IMG/VR virus record: IMGVR_UViG_3300041955_001937
Span: 1-64,000 of that record
Strand: one strand, 5' to 3'
Origin: a virus
DNA: 64,000 nucleotides
Part shown: in pieces, positions 19,029 to 28,364 of the stretch
Numbering within the stretch: the first letter of the stretch is position 1
Layout: each line of letters starts with the position of its first letter
The notes under the pieces: model-generated
The model's database searches: none
What the model saw: the letters and a program-made list of their open reading frames with translations, nothing else
Told to the model about the DNA's origin: nothing
Position numbers and translations under genes: made by a program

Positions 19029-20351
19029 CTAGTTCTCATAGCCTTCCGTTTTCGTGTGATGGAATGTGATGGAATCGTTGAAAAGACTGCGGTCCAGGGC
19101 CTTAACAGCCGCTCTGACCGATTCCGGAATTGCTTGAATGTAGACCCCGGCCGTCATGTCGGGTGACGCGTGGCGCAGGTGCGCTTGCACGTCCTTCACG
19201 TCCCCGTACTGCTTCATGAGCGTCCCGCAGCTCCGGCGAAGGGTCTGATGAGTCACCCGTTTCTGGTGGTCGCGAAGGACGCCTGCAGCTCTCTGTTCGT
19301 CGCTGAGGGCCTCGAAGGCGCGGGCGGCGGCAGTCTTGATAATCCGCTTCAGAACGTTGTCCGGCCTCAGCGGCGTGTTTTTCCGCGACGGGAAAATCAG
19401 AGCCTCAGCGGGCGCGGCGGGCGCCAGGTCGAGCCACCACTTCAGCTCCTGGCCGATCGATTCCGGTATCCAAACGCAAGCGATCGAAGCGTCCGTCTTG
19501 GGCTCTTTGAACAAACCCTTCCACGCCGCCTCATCGATCCTGAGATAACCATTGGGCAGAACGTCGTTGCGCCGGAGCGCAAACATTTCTCCCGGCCGGA
19601 GACCCAGCACGATGAACATGCGAACCAGCAGGCGATCACGGCCGCTCAGTTGCCCCACTACGGCGGAAATCTCCTGTTCGGCAAGATACGACCGTTTCGG
19701 TTTACGCAGCTTTGGCGTCTTAAGACGGGCCACCGGACTCTTCCGGACCAGGTCCTGCTCGGAGGCTTCGGCGAAGATCGCCCCCAGTTGAACGCGAGCC
19801 TTCTTGTACGTGCTCTCGCTGTAGCGCGTAGCCAAGTCCTTGAGGAAGATCTGAACCTCGAAGCGCGTGACGGCGGAAAGCTGCATTGCGCCGAACCGGG
19901 GGAGGACGTGTGCCTCAACGATGGAACAGTTTGTGCTCTTCGTCGACGCCGCCCACTGATCTTCAACGACCGGAAGATAGCGGCTCGTCCAGAATTCCTG
20001 CACCGTCATGGCGCCGGACGCGGGCGGTGCCTGCCGGGCCACGGGGGCGATCGCGCGGCCGTACTGATCGAGGTTGGTCCGGATGAAGTCCCGGAGTTCC
20101 TGTTCCGCTTCCCATTTCTTTTTGTCGGCCTTCCAGCCGAGGGTCAGCGACTTGTGGACCGCTTTCTCGGTGCCGTCGGGCAGCGTGACGTACTCGTAGT
20201 AGAAACCCTTCCAGTACTTCCGTTTCGTGCCCAGCTCCCGAACATGGCCTTCCTGATGCCGCAATCTGGGCATGCGTTTACACCTCGCTTTGAGCCATGT
20301 TACTTGCTCGTGCGACAGTGGCTCGAATTGCCGGGCTGTGACTTGGAGCAT
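19029..20351 (-). CDS. int: Prophage tyrosine integrase
   Basis: LGLRPGEMFAL, EPKT, HQTLRRS, LRHAS...VY motifs. Confidence 0.93.
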   Translation of the reverse strand: MLQVTARQFEPLSHEQVTWLKARCKRMPRLRHQEGHVRELGTKRKYWKGFYYEYVTLPDGTEKAVHKSLTLGWKADKKKWEAEQELRDFIRTNLDQYGRAIAPVARQAPPASGAMTVQEFWTSRYLPVVEDQWAASTKSTNCSIVEAHVLPRFGAMQLSAVTRFEVQIFLKDLATRYSESTYKKARVQLGAIFAEASEQDLVRKSPVARLKTPKLRKPKRSYLAEQEISAVVGQLSGRDRLLVRMFIVLGLRPGEMFALRRNDVLPNGYLRIDEAAWKGLFKEPKTDASIACVWIPESIGQELKWWLDLAPAAPAEALIFPSRKNTPLRPDNVLKRIIKTAAARAFEALSDEQRAAGVLRDHQKRVTHQTLRRSCGTLMKQYGDVKDVQAHLRHASPDMTAGVYIQAIPESVRAAVKALDRSLFNDSITFHHTKTEGYEN

Positions 20352-20645
20352 TCAGCGGGCTCTCCTGTCCTTCGCCACGGCTGTCAACTGGCGGCGGACG
20401 GCGCCGATCTGCTCCTCAATGAAAGCCTCGACATCGCGCGCGCGAAAGCGCCGGGAGGATCCGCACAGAAGCGAAGGAATAGCCGGCTGCTGCGGCGTCC
20501 GGCCGCTGTGCTTGTAGACCCACATCCGGGACATCTGAAGCCACTGTGCGACCTCGTCGACGGTCAGGAGACGTTCGCGAGGAGCCGGGTCCGCAATGTC
20601 AGGTGCCGGAAACATGGGTTTCCTTCGCCGATTGTTCCAGCTCAC
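20352..20645 (-). CDS. xis: Excisionase (HTH_17-type)
   Basis: LLTVDEVAQWLQMSRMWVY...RRFRARDVEAFI; directly upstream of int. Confidence 0.8.
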   Translation of the reverse strand: MSWNNRRRKPMFPAPDIADPAPRERLLTVDEVAQWLQMSRMWVYKHSGRTPQQPAIPSLLCGSSRRFRARDVEAFIEEQIGAVRRQLTAVAKDRRAR

Positions 20646-20793
20646 GCTTCATGACACTGCGGATGAAGGCGCTCATCGTCTGTTCCCGCCTGGCCGCCTC
20701 AGCCTGCACCCGGGCGCGGAGTTCGTCGGGCCAACGCAAAGTTGTGTTGCGCGGATTGAGGTGATTTTGGGTAACATGGTGTGACTTTGCCAT
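20599..20793 (-). CDS. Arc-like ribbon-helix-helix protein
   Basis: TTLRWPDELRARVQAEAARREQTMSAFIR. Confidence 0.7.
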   Translation of the reverse strand: MAKSHHVTQNHLNPRNTTLRWPDELRARVQAEAARREQTMSAFIRSVMKRELEQSAKETHVSGT

Positions 20794-20805
20794 GACTTCA
20801 CGGCT

Positions 20806-20834
20806 ATTATGCGCATAGGTATCAGCAAAGTCAA
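20806..20834 (-). promoter_or_regulatory. Sigma70 promoter for the RHH-xis-int operon
   Basis: Minus strand TTGACT-17bp-CATAAT. Confidence 0.7.
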
Positions 20835-20844
20835 GTCAGATTAA

Positions 20845-21240
20845 ATGGAGAACCCGCCAGAGTATTCGTTGCGCCTCGGAAGGCTTGTGGCCGAACTGGG
20901 AATAAGTCAAGCCGAACTGTCAGCGCTGTCTTCGGTCGATCAGAGCACGGTCAGCTATTATCTTTCCGGTCGACGCGAGCCGGGCAAATTTGCGTGCATC
21001 GTATTTGCCGGTTTGTCGAAGTCCGCGGATGATCGGGCGTTTTGGCTTGCGCTGGCAGACATCTCGACGCGTCAGGGAGATCTCATTGAAGCCGCATTCG
21101 GGCGCAATGATCCGGAAAGCGAGAGGCGGCTTGTCTCAGTCCTGCTGCAATTCTGGTATCAGCCGGACGGACTCGTTTTGGAATCGCTTCGCGATTTATT
21201 GAAAAAGATGCTCTTTGGCGGACAAAAGCCTGGAATATGA
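20845..21240 (+). CDS. XRE-family HTH repressor
   Basis: LGISQAELSALSSVDQSTVSYYLSGRREP; divergent from the RHH/xis genes. Confidence 0.8.
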   Translation: MENPPEYSLRLGRLVAELGISQAELSALSSVDQSTVSYYLSGRREPGKFACIVFAGLSKSADDRAFWLALADISTRQGDLIEAAFGRNDPESERRLVSVLLQFWYQPDGLVLESLRDLLKKMLFGGQKPGI

Positions 21241-21291
21241 CTTACGTTTGGTTGACAACGCACGGGTAAAACGGTCTAATTTAATTCCAGT

Positions 21292-21693
21292 ATGGGCTTG
21301 TTTCCCCGTCGGCGATCTCAACGTGAACTGGAGCACCTGGCTCTACTCGAAAAGAACCTCCGGGAGGTGGCGGGAGTAATGTCGAAGTCCGACGCCGAGC
21401 CCGGCCCCCTGCGATTTTCCGAGGACGCCCACGCTGAGTTGCAACGCGTTCCCAATCTCGTGGTTAAGGACGGAGATTCGCCCGACCAAGCTATTGAAAC
21501 GTCGCCCGTCGAATCGGCGAAGAAGGCTGTTCGGGACGCTACGGATCAGTACGTGCGTGGCAACGACGGCGGGAACCTGTTCGTGCTTCTCCGTAAGATT
21601 GGGTGGGTCGCGTACCGGCTTTCAATCGCTTGGATCGAAGCTGGCAGTCGGCGTGTACGCGTACTTCGCGCGTCATTCCGAAAGTCTGCGTAG
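21292..21693 (+). CDS. Hypothetical protein
   Basis: 133-aa ORF with TTGACA upstream; converges on the 7TM gene. Confidence 0.5.
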   Translation: MGLFPRRRSQRELEHLALLEKNLREVAGVMSKSDAEPGPLRFSEDAHAELQRVPNLVVKDGDSPDQAIETSPVESAKKAVRDATDQYVRGNDGGNLFVLLRKIGWVAYRLSIAWIEAGSRRVRVLRASFRKSA

Positions 21694-22458
21694 CGCCGCT
21701 TCGAATTCGGCCTGGCTTTTCTCGGCCCTGCGGTCGATCTCTGCCAATTCCAAGGGGGACGGCTGCGCGATCCCCGTAAATTCGTCACCCTTCCGGCTCA
21801 GCAACACGGTCCAGGCAATGAAGCATCCGATCTCGGCTGCCGGGAGCGCCGTTTGTACGGGCCAACTCCTCAAGTAGGACATTCCGAGGTAGCCGACCGC
21901 TTCCGCGATAACGTACGCGCCGAAGATTCGCGCGTGGATGATCGAATTGGGGCGCGCCGGCGCGGGCGCAATGGCAGCGATCAGGTTCACAAACAGCAAC
22001 CCGGCCGCGATTGCGATCGCCTCAGCCCGACGTACGAAGAACATGCCCTGTAACCACGGCATGAGCCACCGGGGTCCGCCGCGGATATCGCTCCAGACCA
22101 TCGCGGCGGCCATCGTCATTCCGATAACGCCCGCTGCGATCGCGAGCTGGCGCCGGGCGCGTTTGGCACGTGGATAGCCTTCGCAAGAGAGCGCAATGAC
22201 CTCCCATGCCGCCAAACAGATGGCAGTGATCGCGAACGGCTGCAGGACAAGCCACATGCGCCGATAAAGCACGCTGGATGTCGGCAATGAAATGCTGGCC
22301 ACGGCAAACACTAAATCGATCACCAGCGTTGACGCCAGGAATGGAAATCGCCGCGCCAGTCCGCTCGCGAAGATCCTCGCGACTGCGGCGGCTTCGGCCA
22401 GAATCGACACGCCACGAAGAGCGTCTTTCAGGTCGATCCCCGTATGCCCAACGGACAT
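21673..22458 (-). CDS. Integral membrane protein with about 7 TM helices
   Basis: Seven hydrophobic segments counted by eye and a charged C-terminal helix. Confidence 0.8.
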   Translation of the reverse strand: MSVGHTGIDLKDALRGVSILAEAAAVARIFASGLARRFPFLASTLVIDLVFAVASISLPTSSVLYRRMWLVLQPFAITAICLAAWEVIALSCEGYPRAKRARRQLAIAAGVIGMTMAAAMVWSDIRGGPRWLMPWLQGMFFVRRAEAIAIAAGLLFVNLIAAIAPAPARPNSIIHARIFGAYVIAEAVGYLGMSYLRSWPVQTALPAAEIGCFIAWTVLLSRKGDEFTGIAQPSPLELAEIDRRAEKSQAEFEAALRRLSE

Positions 22459-22494
22459 ACGGGGATTTTCTCACTAAAGCAATTGCTTGTGCAA

Positions 22495-22599
22495 TTACCT
22501 AACCCACGGGCAGACCGGGCAATCCGGGGGTGTACTGGCCACGCCGCTCAATGAGGCGAGACCCAGAAGCAGAGTGATGCTGATGATGAGCTTTTTCAT
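22495..22599 (-). CDS. 34-aa secreted peptide precursor MKKLIISITLLLGLASLSGVASTPPDCPVCPWVR (absent from the ORF track)
   Basis: AGGAGA RBS, ATG at 22599, TAA at 22495-22497; Sec-type signal peptide followed by a CxxC tail. Confidence 0.8.
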   Translation of the reverse strand: MKKLIISITLLLGLASLSGVASTPPDCPVCPWVR

Positions 22600-22650
22600 G
22601 TTCGTTCTCCTATGGCCCTTAAGAAAGGGCTCGAACGAACTTTACCGCCG

Positions 22651-22784
22651 GAAAGTCACAGACGCCAGTGACTTTCGTTCATCGCTGGCCACAGGATTTT
22701 ACGGAAGAACGGGCACGGGCAACAAGGCGAATGGATGGCGAAAGGAGAATGGATGGCGAAAAAAGGTCATAGACGCCAGTGACT
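22651..22784. promoter_or_regulatory. Putative operators: GTCAYAGACGCCAGTGACT twice and GAATGGATGGCGAAA twice
   Basis: Palindrome GAAAGTCAC-N8-GTGACTTTC at 22651-22676, second copy at 22766-22784; tandem 15-mers at 22729 and 22747. Confidence 0.55.
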
Positions 22785-22910
22785 CTTGGTTCGGTCACGG
22801 CGCTGGAGTTCGACCGATGATAGTCTATTTCTCTCAAGTTCTCAATAAGTTTGAGAAGTTTAGTGCTTTTCAGCACGTCTATAGGAAATGCCCTTTCGTC
22901 ATTCGTCAAA

Positions 22911-23411
22911 TTGATTCTTCAAACTGCCGACGCGGCCGTGATCGAGCACACGCCGATGGTACGGGCGATCGCGCTGAGAGTGCTCCGGCAACTTCCACCG
23001 TCGTTTGAGCTGGACGATCTGGTGCAGGAGGGAATGGTCGGGCTGCTTGAAGCCCTTGAACGGTTCGATCCGGGCGCCGGCATTCCGTTTGCGATCTATG
23101 CGGCCTGCAGGGTGCGCGGGGCGATGCTGGATTCGGTCCGTGGGAACTACATCGCGGCGACCCACGAAGAGCTGGACGAGGAAGTCGGGCAGGCGGATCC
23201 GATTCTGGAACGTATTGAGTGGAGGGAGCGCACCACCATGGTCGCGGCGGCCGTCAGGACGCTTCCGGAGCGGGACCGCAAGGTGATCGAATTCCGGTCC
23301 TCGGGGATGACGATGCGCCAAGTTGGAAGTGCGGTCGGAGTCGGGAAGACGCGCGCGATCCAGTTGTGCCAAAGAGCCATCGGGCGGGTGCAGGAAAAGA
23401 TCGCGGCTTGA
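22911..23411 (+). CDS. FliA/WhiG-like sigma70-family factor (regions 2 and 4; start uncertain)
   Basis: DDLVQEGMVGLLEALERFDP...FAIYAACRVRGAMLD and LPERDRKVI...TMRQVG. Confidence 0.88.
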   Translation: MILQTADAAVIEHTPMVRAIALRVLRQLPPSFELDDLVQEGMVGLLEALERFDPGAGIPFAIYAACRVRGAMLDSVRGNYIAATHEELDEEVGQADPILERIEWRERTTMVAAAVRTLPERDRKVIEFRSSGMTMRQVGSAVGVGKTRAIQLCQRAIGRVQEKIAA

Positions 23412-23486
23412 CGGGCGCGCAGAGATAGGCGTTGATGAGAAATCATCTTTGCGCATCAATGCGCGTCTCGTCTATACTTGCCCTTT

Positions 23487-24002
23487 ATGCCAGCTACCGC
23501 AACAGAGATCCCCGATGCCACGATGACGAAACGCGAGGCCTGCGAATTCCTCGGCAAGTCGGCGCGGTCGGTCGTCGATTACGTTAAGGCGGGCAGGCTG
23601 TCCGTTGAGTATGTCAGCGGTCGCACCGGACGTCAGGCGGTCTTCCACCGCGCCGAGGTCGAACGGCTCAAGCGGGACATCGAAACTCCCCTGGTGCGCC
23701 AAGGCTTCGCGACGTTGGCTGCGAGGAACGATGAGACGGAAAATGGCGTCACAGATTCCCGATTAATTCGTGACGCTCCGTTGGCAGCGCGGAGCCTGGC
23801 GGAGATGTTCCGCGCGGCTCTGCCACAGTCGCCCGCGCCGAAGCCGTGGCTCGACTTGAAGGGCGCCGTCGAGTATTCCGGCCTTCCCGCGTCGTACCTG
23901 CTCTCGCAGGCAAGGGCCGGCAAGCCGTGGGCGATCAACGTGGGGTCGGAAAAGCAGGCGCGCTGGCGATTCAATCGCGACGCGTTGGCTGCCACCGCAT
24001 GA
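23487..24002 (+). CDS. Protein with two excisionase-like HTH domains
   Basis: MTKREACEFLGKSARSV..Y..AGRL and WLDLKGAVEYSGLPASYL. Confidence 0.7.
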   Translation: MPATATEIPDATMTKREACEFLGKSARSVVDYVKAGRLSVEYVSGRTGRQAVFHRAEVERLKRDIETPLVRQGFATLAARNDETENGVTDSRLIRDAPLAARSLAEMFRAALPQSPAPKPWLDLKGAVEYSGLPASYLLSQARAGKPWAINVGSEKQARWRFNRDALAATA

Positions 24003-24102
24003 GCCCTAAATAAAGTTTGCGCAGAGCCTGGCAGATACATTCCGCGTGGCTCTGCGAGCGGCCCCCCTGTCCGATCCCTCCGATTTTTCGACTTGAGGGA
24101 GT

Positions 24103-24549
24103 ATGGGCAAACTGCTTTTACTCAAGACGGCAACACCCGCGAATCGGTCCGCTCTCATCGATGAGGCGGGCGATATCAAGCTGAAGCTCGCCGCGTTCGC
24201 CGCTACCGGGGTGGAGCGCCGCGATAAGCAGCTCACCGAAGAATTCGCATCCTGGTATCCGGACAAGCCCGAAGAGGAGTTCATCGAAAAAGGTCAGCGG
24301 TACGAGCTGCGAATCTCGGCGCGGCGCAATGTCACCACGATCGATATTCGCGCGGCGTATAAAAAGCTGGGGCTGAGGAAATTTCTCTCGGCCTGCAGCC
24401 TGACGCTGAAAGCGCTGGCCGAGTTTCTTACCGAGCCGGAAGTGGACTGCCTTACCAGCACGGCGCGGACCGGGAGCAGGGCCTTTGTCACCACGCCGCT
24501 GGGCGTAGCGTCGCCAGCAGTGGGCGAGGATCGCCGGGACGCCGCGTGA
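24103..24549 (+). CDS. Hypothetical phage protein
   Basis: GAGGGGAG RBS; 148-aa ORF in operon. Confidence 0.65.
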   Translation: MGKLLLLKTATPANRSALIDEAGDIKLKLAAFAATGVERRDKQLTEEFASWYPDKPEEEFIEKGQRYELRISARRNVTTIDIRAAYKKLGLRKFLSACSLTLKALAEFLTEPEVDCLTSTARTGSRAFVTTPLGVASPAVGEDRRDAA

Positions 24550-25268
24550 GGAGTGCGATCCGGTGCTTGATTGACCAGGTACGCAGTTTTGGCCCGGTCG
24601 CTTCGCCAGTGCTCAAACAGGCGTCGCGTGATAGCTGCGGGAAATATAGGGCGATCCGGAAACAGCCTGCGCCGCAACCGGAGTCTGTGTGGGCCCGAGG
24701 CGTGTGCATCGCGTTGGCGAGTGAACATTGCACAAGATGCGGAGGCGACGGTATCCGGATTTTGACGCAGGCCATCATCACACGCGGGTTGCCGGGTCCC
24801 TGCGGATGCGTGCTCCGCAAGATTTTTCGCGTGTGTTTCACGAGGTACTGCTACATCCAGTCGAGTGCGCGGGTGAGCAACTCGAAGATGGAGCGGATCG
24901 ACGCATTCCACGCCGGTCAGCGCGTGTCCCGATTTGTATTCGGGCGCAAAGAAGAGGAATTCGCGGCCGACTTTTGCGTGATAGCCAAGCGGGCGCTCGA
25001 ACCGCGGGCGTGGCGGATCTTCCAACTGCATTTCCTCGGCGGTCTCGAATGGCCGGCGTGTACACAGCGACTGGGCATGAATAAGGGAGAGTTCTTTACC
25101 GAGGTGTACCGGATTCAGCAGCGGTGCGGGCGTGCGTTCTATGAGACGCGGCCGTATGCGATCTATCCGATATACGAATACTTCGGCGGAACGACTTGCC
25201 GGGAAGACGGTGCCGCATCTGAGCCGAACGGAGCCGCCTCTGAGCCGGGGTTGAGGATGGCGGCATGA
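24546..25268 (+). CDS. Hypothetical protein with Cys motifs and a C-terminal sigma region-4-like HTH
   Basis: CTRCGGDG...PCGCV; AWRIFQLHFLGGLEWPACTQRLGM. Confidence 0.55.
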   Translation: MRSAIRCLIDQVRSFGPVASPVLKQASRDSCGKYRAIRKQPAPQPESVWARGVCIALASEHCTRCGGDGIRILTQAIITRGLPGPCGCVLRKIFRVCFTRYCYIQSSARVSNSKMERIDAFHAGQRVSRFVFGRKEEEFAADFCVIAKRALEPRAWRIFQLHFLGGLEWPACTQRLGMNKGEFFTEVYRIQQRCGRAFYETRPYAIYPIYEYFGGTTCREDGAASEPNGAASEPGLRMAA

Positions 25269-25918
25269 AGGGCGATACCTCCTACGAGAAGGTACCGGCG
25301 GACGCAACGGATGAGCGGAACCTGAAGCTCGTCGTGGATATCGTGGACCGGATTCGGCGGAAGGTGCCGGCTGACGTGATTTCGCGCCGCGACTTGATCG
25401 GGACAGGAAATCTCGCGCTGCTGCGCGCGGTGGGTAAATTCGATCCGGAGAGACACAATGGAACCCCCTTCCAGGCGTTTGCGCGACAAAAGATAAGGGG
25501 AGCGATTCTGGACGCCGTGCGGGCTATCTGGTGCGATGGCACCGGCCGCCATGGACTGCGGCCGAGGCTGGAGTCATTGGATGCCATCACGGATTCGATC
25601 GGGAGGCTACGACAAGGCCATACGTCGACAGCGGATCAAAGAGCGCTGGAGAGAGCGGGACATCCGCCCGGGGTCGAGAAGCGAATCGACCGGACGCGCC
25701 TCATTCGCCGTGTATCCGAGGCAATCGGCCGGCTGCCGGAAAATGAGCGGACGGTGCTGTCGCTGTGGCATGCCGACGATGAGCCACATCCTCGCGCGAT
25801 CGCTCGTCTGATGGGTCTCAGCGTGGAAGCCGCGACGTCTTTGCACGATCGGGCAATCGAGAATTTGCAGGCGGATTTATTGCCGCATCTGAGCCGAACG
25901 GAGCCGAAAGCGGCATAG
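25265..25918 (+). CDS. Second FliA/WhiG-like sigma70-family factor
   Basis: DLIGTGNLALLRAVGKFDP...FQAFARQKIRGAILD; LPENERTVLSL...IARLMGLS. Confidence 0.88.
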   Translation: MKGDTSYEKVPADATDERNLKLVVDIVDRIRRKVPADVISRRDLIGTGNLALLRAVGKFDPERHNGTPFQAFARQKIRGAILDAVRAIWCDGTGRHGLRPRLESLDAITDSIGRLRQGHTSTADQRALERAGHPPGVEKRIDRTRLIRRVSEAIGRLPENERTVLSLWHADDEPHPRAIARLMGLSVEAATSLHDRAIENLQADLLPHLSRTEPKAA

Positions 25919-25942
25919 CGCCGACTAACAGAGCAGAGACGC

Positions 25943-26212
25943 ATGATTCCGTTCCTCACATCCCTGGTACCCGTCGCTGCCGTCTGCCTGACGCTCCTGA
26001 TCTCGTGGCTCGTCCGGCGCGACAAGACGGCCCGGCAGTCGGGCATCGAGTCGGCTCGGGCGCTCGAACTGGAGCGGCGCGTAGGATTGCTCGAGGCGAA
26101 TACCGTGTCGCGGGTCATGTTCGACAGTCTGAAGGAAGGCATGACCGAAATGCGGCAGGATCTGCGAGAAATCCGCAACTTGCTGGATGCGGGCCGGATG
26201 CGGCCTGCCTGA
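25943..26212 (+). CDS. Single-TM plus coiled-coil protein (holin-like)
   Basis: N-terminal TM segment and C-terminal coiled coil. Confidence 0.5.
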   Translation: MIPFLTSLVPVAAVCLTLLISWLVRRDKTARQSGIESARALELERRVGLLEANTVSRVMFDSLKEGMTEMRQDLREIRNLLDAGRMRPA

Positions 26213-26215
26213 CGC

Positions 26216-26773
26216 ATGGATGACCACCTGCGCAGCACAAGGGTCTTGTCCGGGGATAAGAAGTCGCCCGACACGGCTATCGACCGGGCCAACTGGTATG
26301 CGATCCGCACGAGAAGCCGATGCGAGTGGAAGGTGAGCGAGCTGCTGCGACGCGCCGGCGTTGAGGAGTTCTTGCCGGCCTGGACGGAAAGCGTGCGCTG
26401 GAGCGATCGGGCAAAGAAGACGCTGAGGCCGCTGTTCCCCGGCTATGTCTTTGCCCGGTTCAGCCGATTCGCCGGCTGTTCCGGGATTCTGGCGCTTCCC
26501 GCAGTGGTCCAAATTTTGGGGACAGACGAGCTGGCATCGATTTGCGACGACGAGATCGCGAATCTGCGGCGCGTTGCGGCGCTTCCGGTTTCGCCCTGTC
26601 CATATGTGGCAGCGGGCGAAATCGTCACCATCACTTCCGGCCCGCTGATAGGCGTGTCCGGAGTGGTGGTCCGGAACAAGGGCGCTCTGCGGCTGATCGT
26701 TTCGGTGGAGATGCTGGGGCAGGCGTGCGCGGTGGAAATAGACGCGGTGGACGTGGAGACGTCGACCAAATGA
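26216..26773 (+). CDS. NusG-family (UpxY/RfaH-like) antitermination factor
   Basis: WYAIRTRSRCE, PLFPGYVF (NGN domain); GEIVTITSGPLIGVSG (KOW). Confidence 0.9.
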   Translation: MDDHLRSTRVLSGDKKSPDTAIDRANWYAIRTRSRCEWKVSELLRRAGVEEFLPAWTESVRWSDRAKKTLRPLFPGYVFARFSRFAGCSGILALPAVVQILGTDELASICDDEIANLRRVAALPVSPCPYVAAGEIVTITSGPLIGVSGVVVRNKGALRLIVSVEMLGQACAVEIDAVDVETSTK

Positions 26774-27024
26774 ATGGACGCGCCAGACCTGAGCCGACTG
26801 GCGCGTCAGATCTGAGCCGACGCGATCGGCATCGCGATTATATGCGGGGGAAGCGGGCCGAGGTACGGGCGGAGGCGCAGCGAGTGGGGGAAATGATGGA
26901 CGCGATGAAGTCTTACAAACCGCAGTTCTGTTATCCGGGCGATATAGCGAGGCTGTTCGCCGAGGCGTCACGGGTGCCGGCGCAATCGGTGCGCCCCGAC
27001 CGGTATCTGGGGCAGGACGATTAA
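26770..27024 (+). CDS. Hypothetical protein
   Basis: ATGA-coupled to the NusG-like gene and fills the gap to the next gene. Confidence 0.45.
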   Translation: MNGRARPEPTGASDLSRRDRHRDYMRGKRAEVRAEAQRVGEMMDAMKSYKPQFCYPGDIARLFAEASRVPAQSVRPDRYLGQDD

Positions 27025-27747
27025 ATGAAACTCGACCTTCATCCGACTCACCGAAAACTCGACCTGCATCACCGGATTTACATCGTCCTGCTGACATGTC
27101 TGCTGGGGCTCGGCTGCGTGGCGGGCTGGTATTTCGTGGCCAACGAGCGCGAGGCGATCCTGACCCAGCAGGAGGCGCGGAAGGATTTGCGCACGCTGGT
27201 GGACCCGAAAACCGGGCTGCAGACGGCGGTGCTGGCGCGTGTCGACACTGCAACCGGAGTGATCGACAGGCAGCTTACGAACGCACTGGGCAAGGCGGAC
27301 GGGCAGCTTACGAATGCGCTGGGCAAGGCCGACAAACAAATCACCGCGGGCTTGGCAGAAGTTCATCTGCTGAATCTGAACGCGGACAAGCGGTCGGGCG
27401 AGCTGCTGAAGATCGCCGCCGGCGTCAGAGGGGATCTGAAACCGTCTCTCGACAACACGGCGGCGCTGGTGAAGGACGCGCAGGATTCCCTGGACGATTC
27501 GTATTTCGACATCAAGGCGACCATCGAATCCGCAACCGTCACGACTCACAGCATAGCTCTGGCGTCTGAGGCAATCGCGAACGCCGCACCCAGCGTCTCC
27601 GCCTCGGTTGTGGGGATCGGCAAGAGTGCGGATGGGATCACGGCGGACGTTCACACCGCTACTGCCGAGTTCGTCAAGCCGAAGACTGTACTGCAACAGA
27701 TTCAATCCTGGCTCCTGACCATTGCACGGATCTACGGCGCGATATGA
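27025..27747 (+). CDS. TM plus long helical protein (lysis region, possibly spanin-like)
   Basis: N-terminal TM segment; 11-aa tandem duplication QLTNALGKAD(G/K). Confidence 0.6.
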   Translation: MKLDLHPTHRKLDLHHRIYIVLLTCLLGLGCVAGWYFVANEREAILTQQEARKDLRTLVDPKTGLQTAVLARVDTATGVIDRQLTNALGKADGQLTNALGKADKQITAGLAEVHLLNLNADKRSGELLKIAAGVRGDLKPSLDNTAALVKDAQDSLDDSYFDIKATIESATVTTHSIALASEAIANAAPSVSASVVGIGKSADGITADVHTATAEFVKPKTVLQQIQSWLLTIARIYGAI

Positions 27748-27989
27748 AAGACCACATCCCCACACTTGCGTTAGTCGCATCGCTGGCAATGATTCTTATC
27801 GCGCTGGTGGTGCTCTCGCTGAATGCGAAGAGCGGTGGAGCTACCCCGGTGCTGATCGGGCTGGTCGGGGCAGTGGGAACGGTGACGGGGATACTCGGCG
27901 GGTTCTCGCAACACAACAAGACGGCGACGGCGTCGCAAAAAACGACGGAAACGGCAATAGAAACCCAATCAAAGGAAAACACAACATGA
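27744..27989 (+). CDS. Two-TM holin-like protein
   Basis: 81 aa, two hydrophobic helices, polar tail, upstream of the endolysin candidate. Confidence 0.55.
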   Translation: MKDHIPTLALVASLAMILIALVVLSLNAKSGGATPVLIGLVGAVGTVTGILGGFSQHNKTATASQKTTETAIETQSKENTT

Positions 27990-28357
27990 GCTTTATAACG
28001 GCATTCAAAACGGCATGGAAAGATCTCAAGTCCGACTTCACGAAAGTCGACACCTTCCTGATCGCGAACGAACCCAAGATCCAGTCGGCAATTCAGACCG
28101 GAGTGGCAATAACGGAAGCGCTTGTTCCGGCCGCCGCGCCCGTTCTGACAACTCTCGATGCGTTCGAAGAGACTGCAGTGCCGGAACTGCTCGCCACAAT
28201 TGCCGCCGGCAACGCTGTGGTGAATGCCACATCCGGCACCGCGGCGGTGACACTCTCGGCCGGACTATACAGCTCGCTCAAGACCCTCGTGGGCACACTC
28301 TCGAATCATCCGGCCGTCGTTGCCGCAACTGCGCCCGCAACCACGCCGACTGCGTAA
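27986..28357 (+). CDS. Hypothetical Ala/Thr-rich protein
   Basis: AAAGGAA RBS, ATG at 27986. Confidence 0.65.
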   Translation: MSFITAFKTAWKDLKSDFTKVDTFLIANEPKIQSAIQTGVAITEALVPAAAPVLTTLDAFEETAVPELLATIAAGNAVVNATSGTAAVTLSAGLYSSLKTLVGTLSNHPAVVAATAPATTPTA

Positions 28358-28364
28358 GCGATCA

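Noticed and set aside
19170-20654. Long alternative-frame ORFs (also 38795-40180, 43045-44523, 25925-27253)
   Set aside because: Antisense shadows of well-supported genes in GC-rich DNA, with no recognisable motifs
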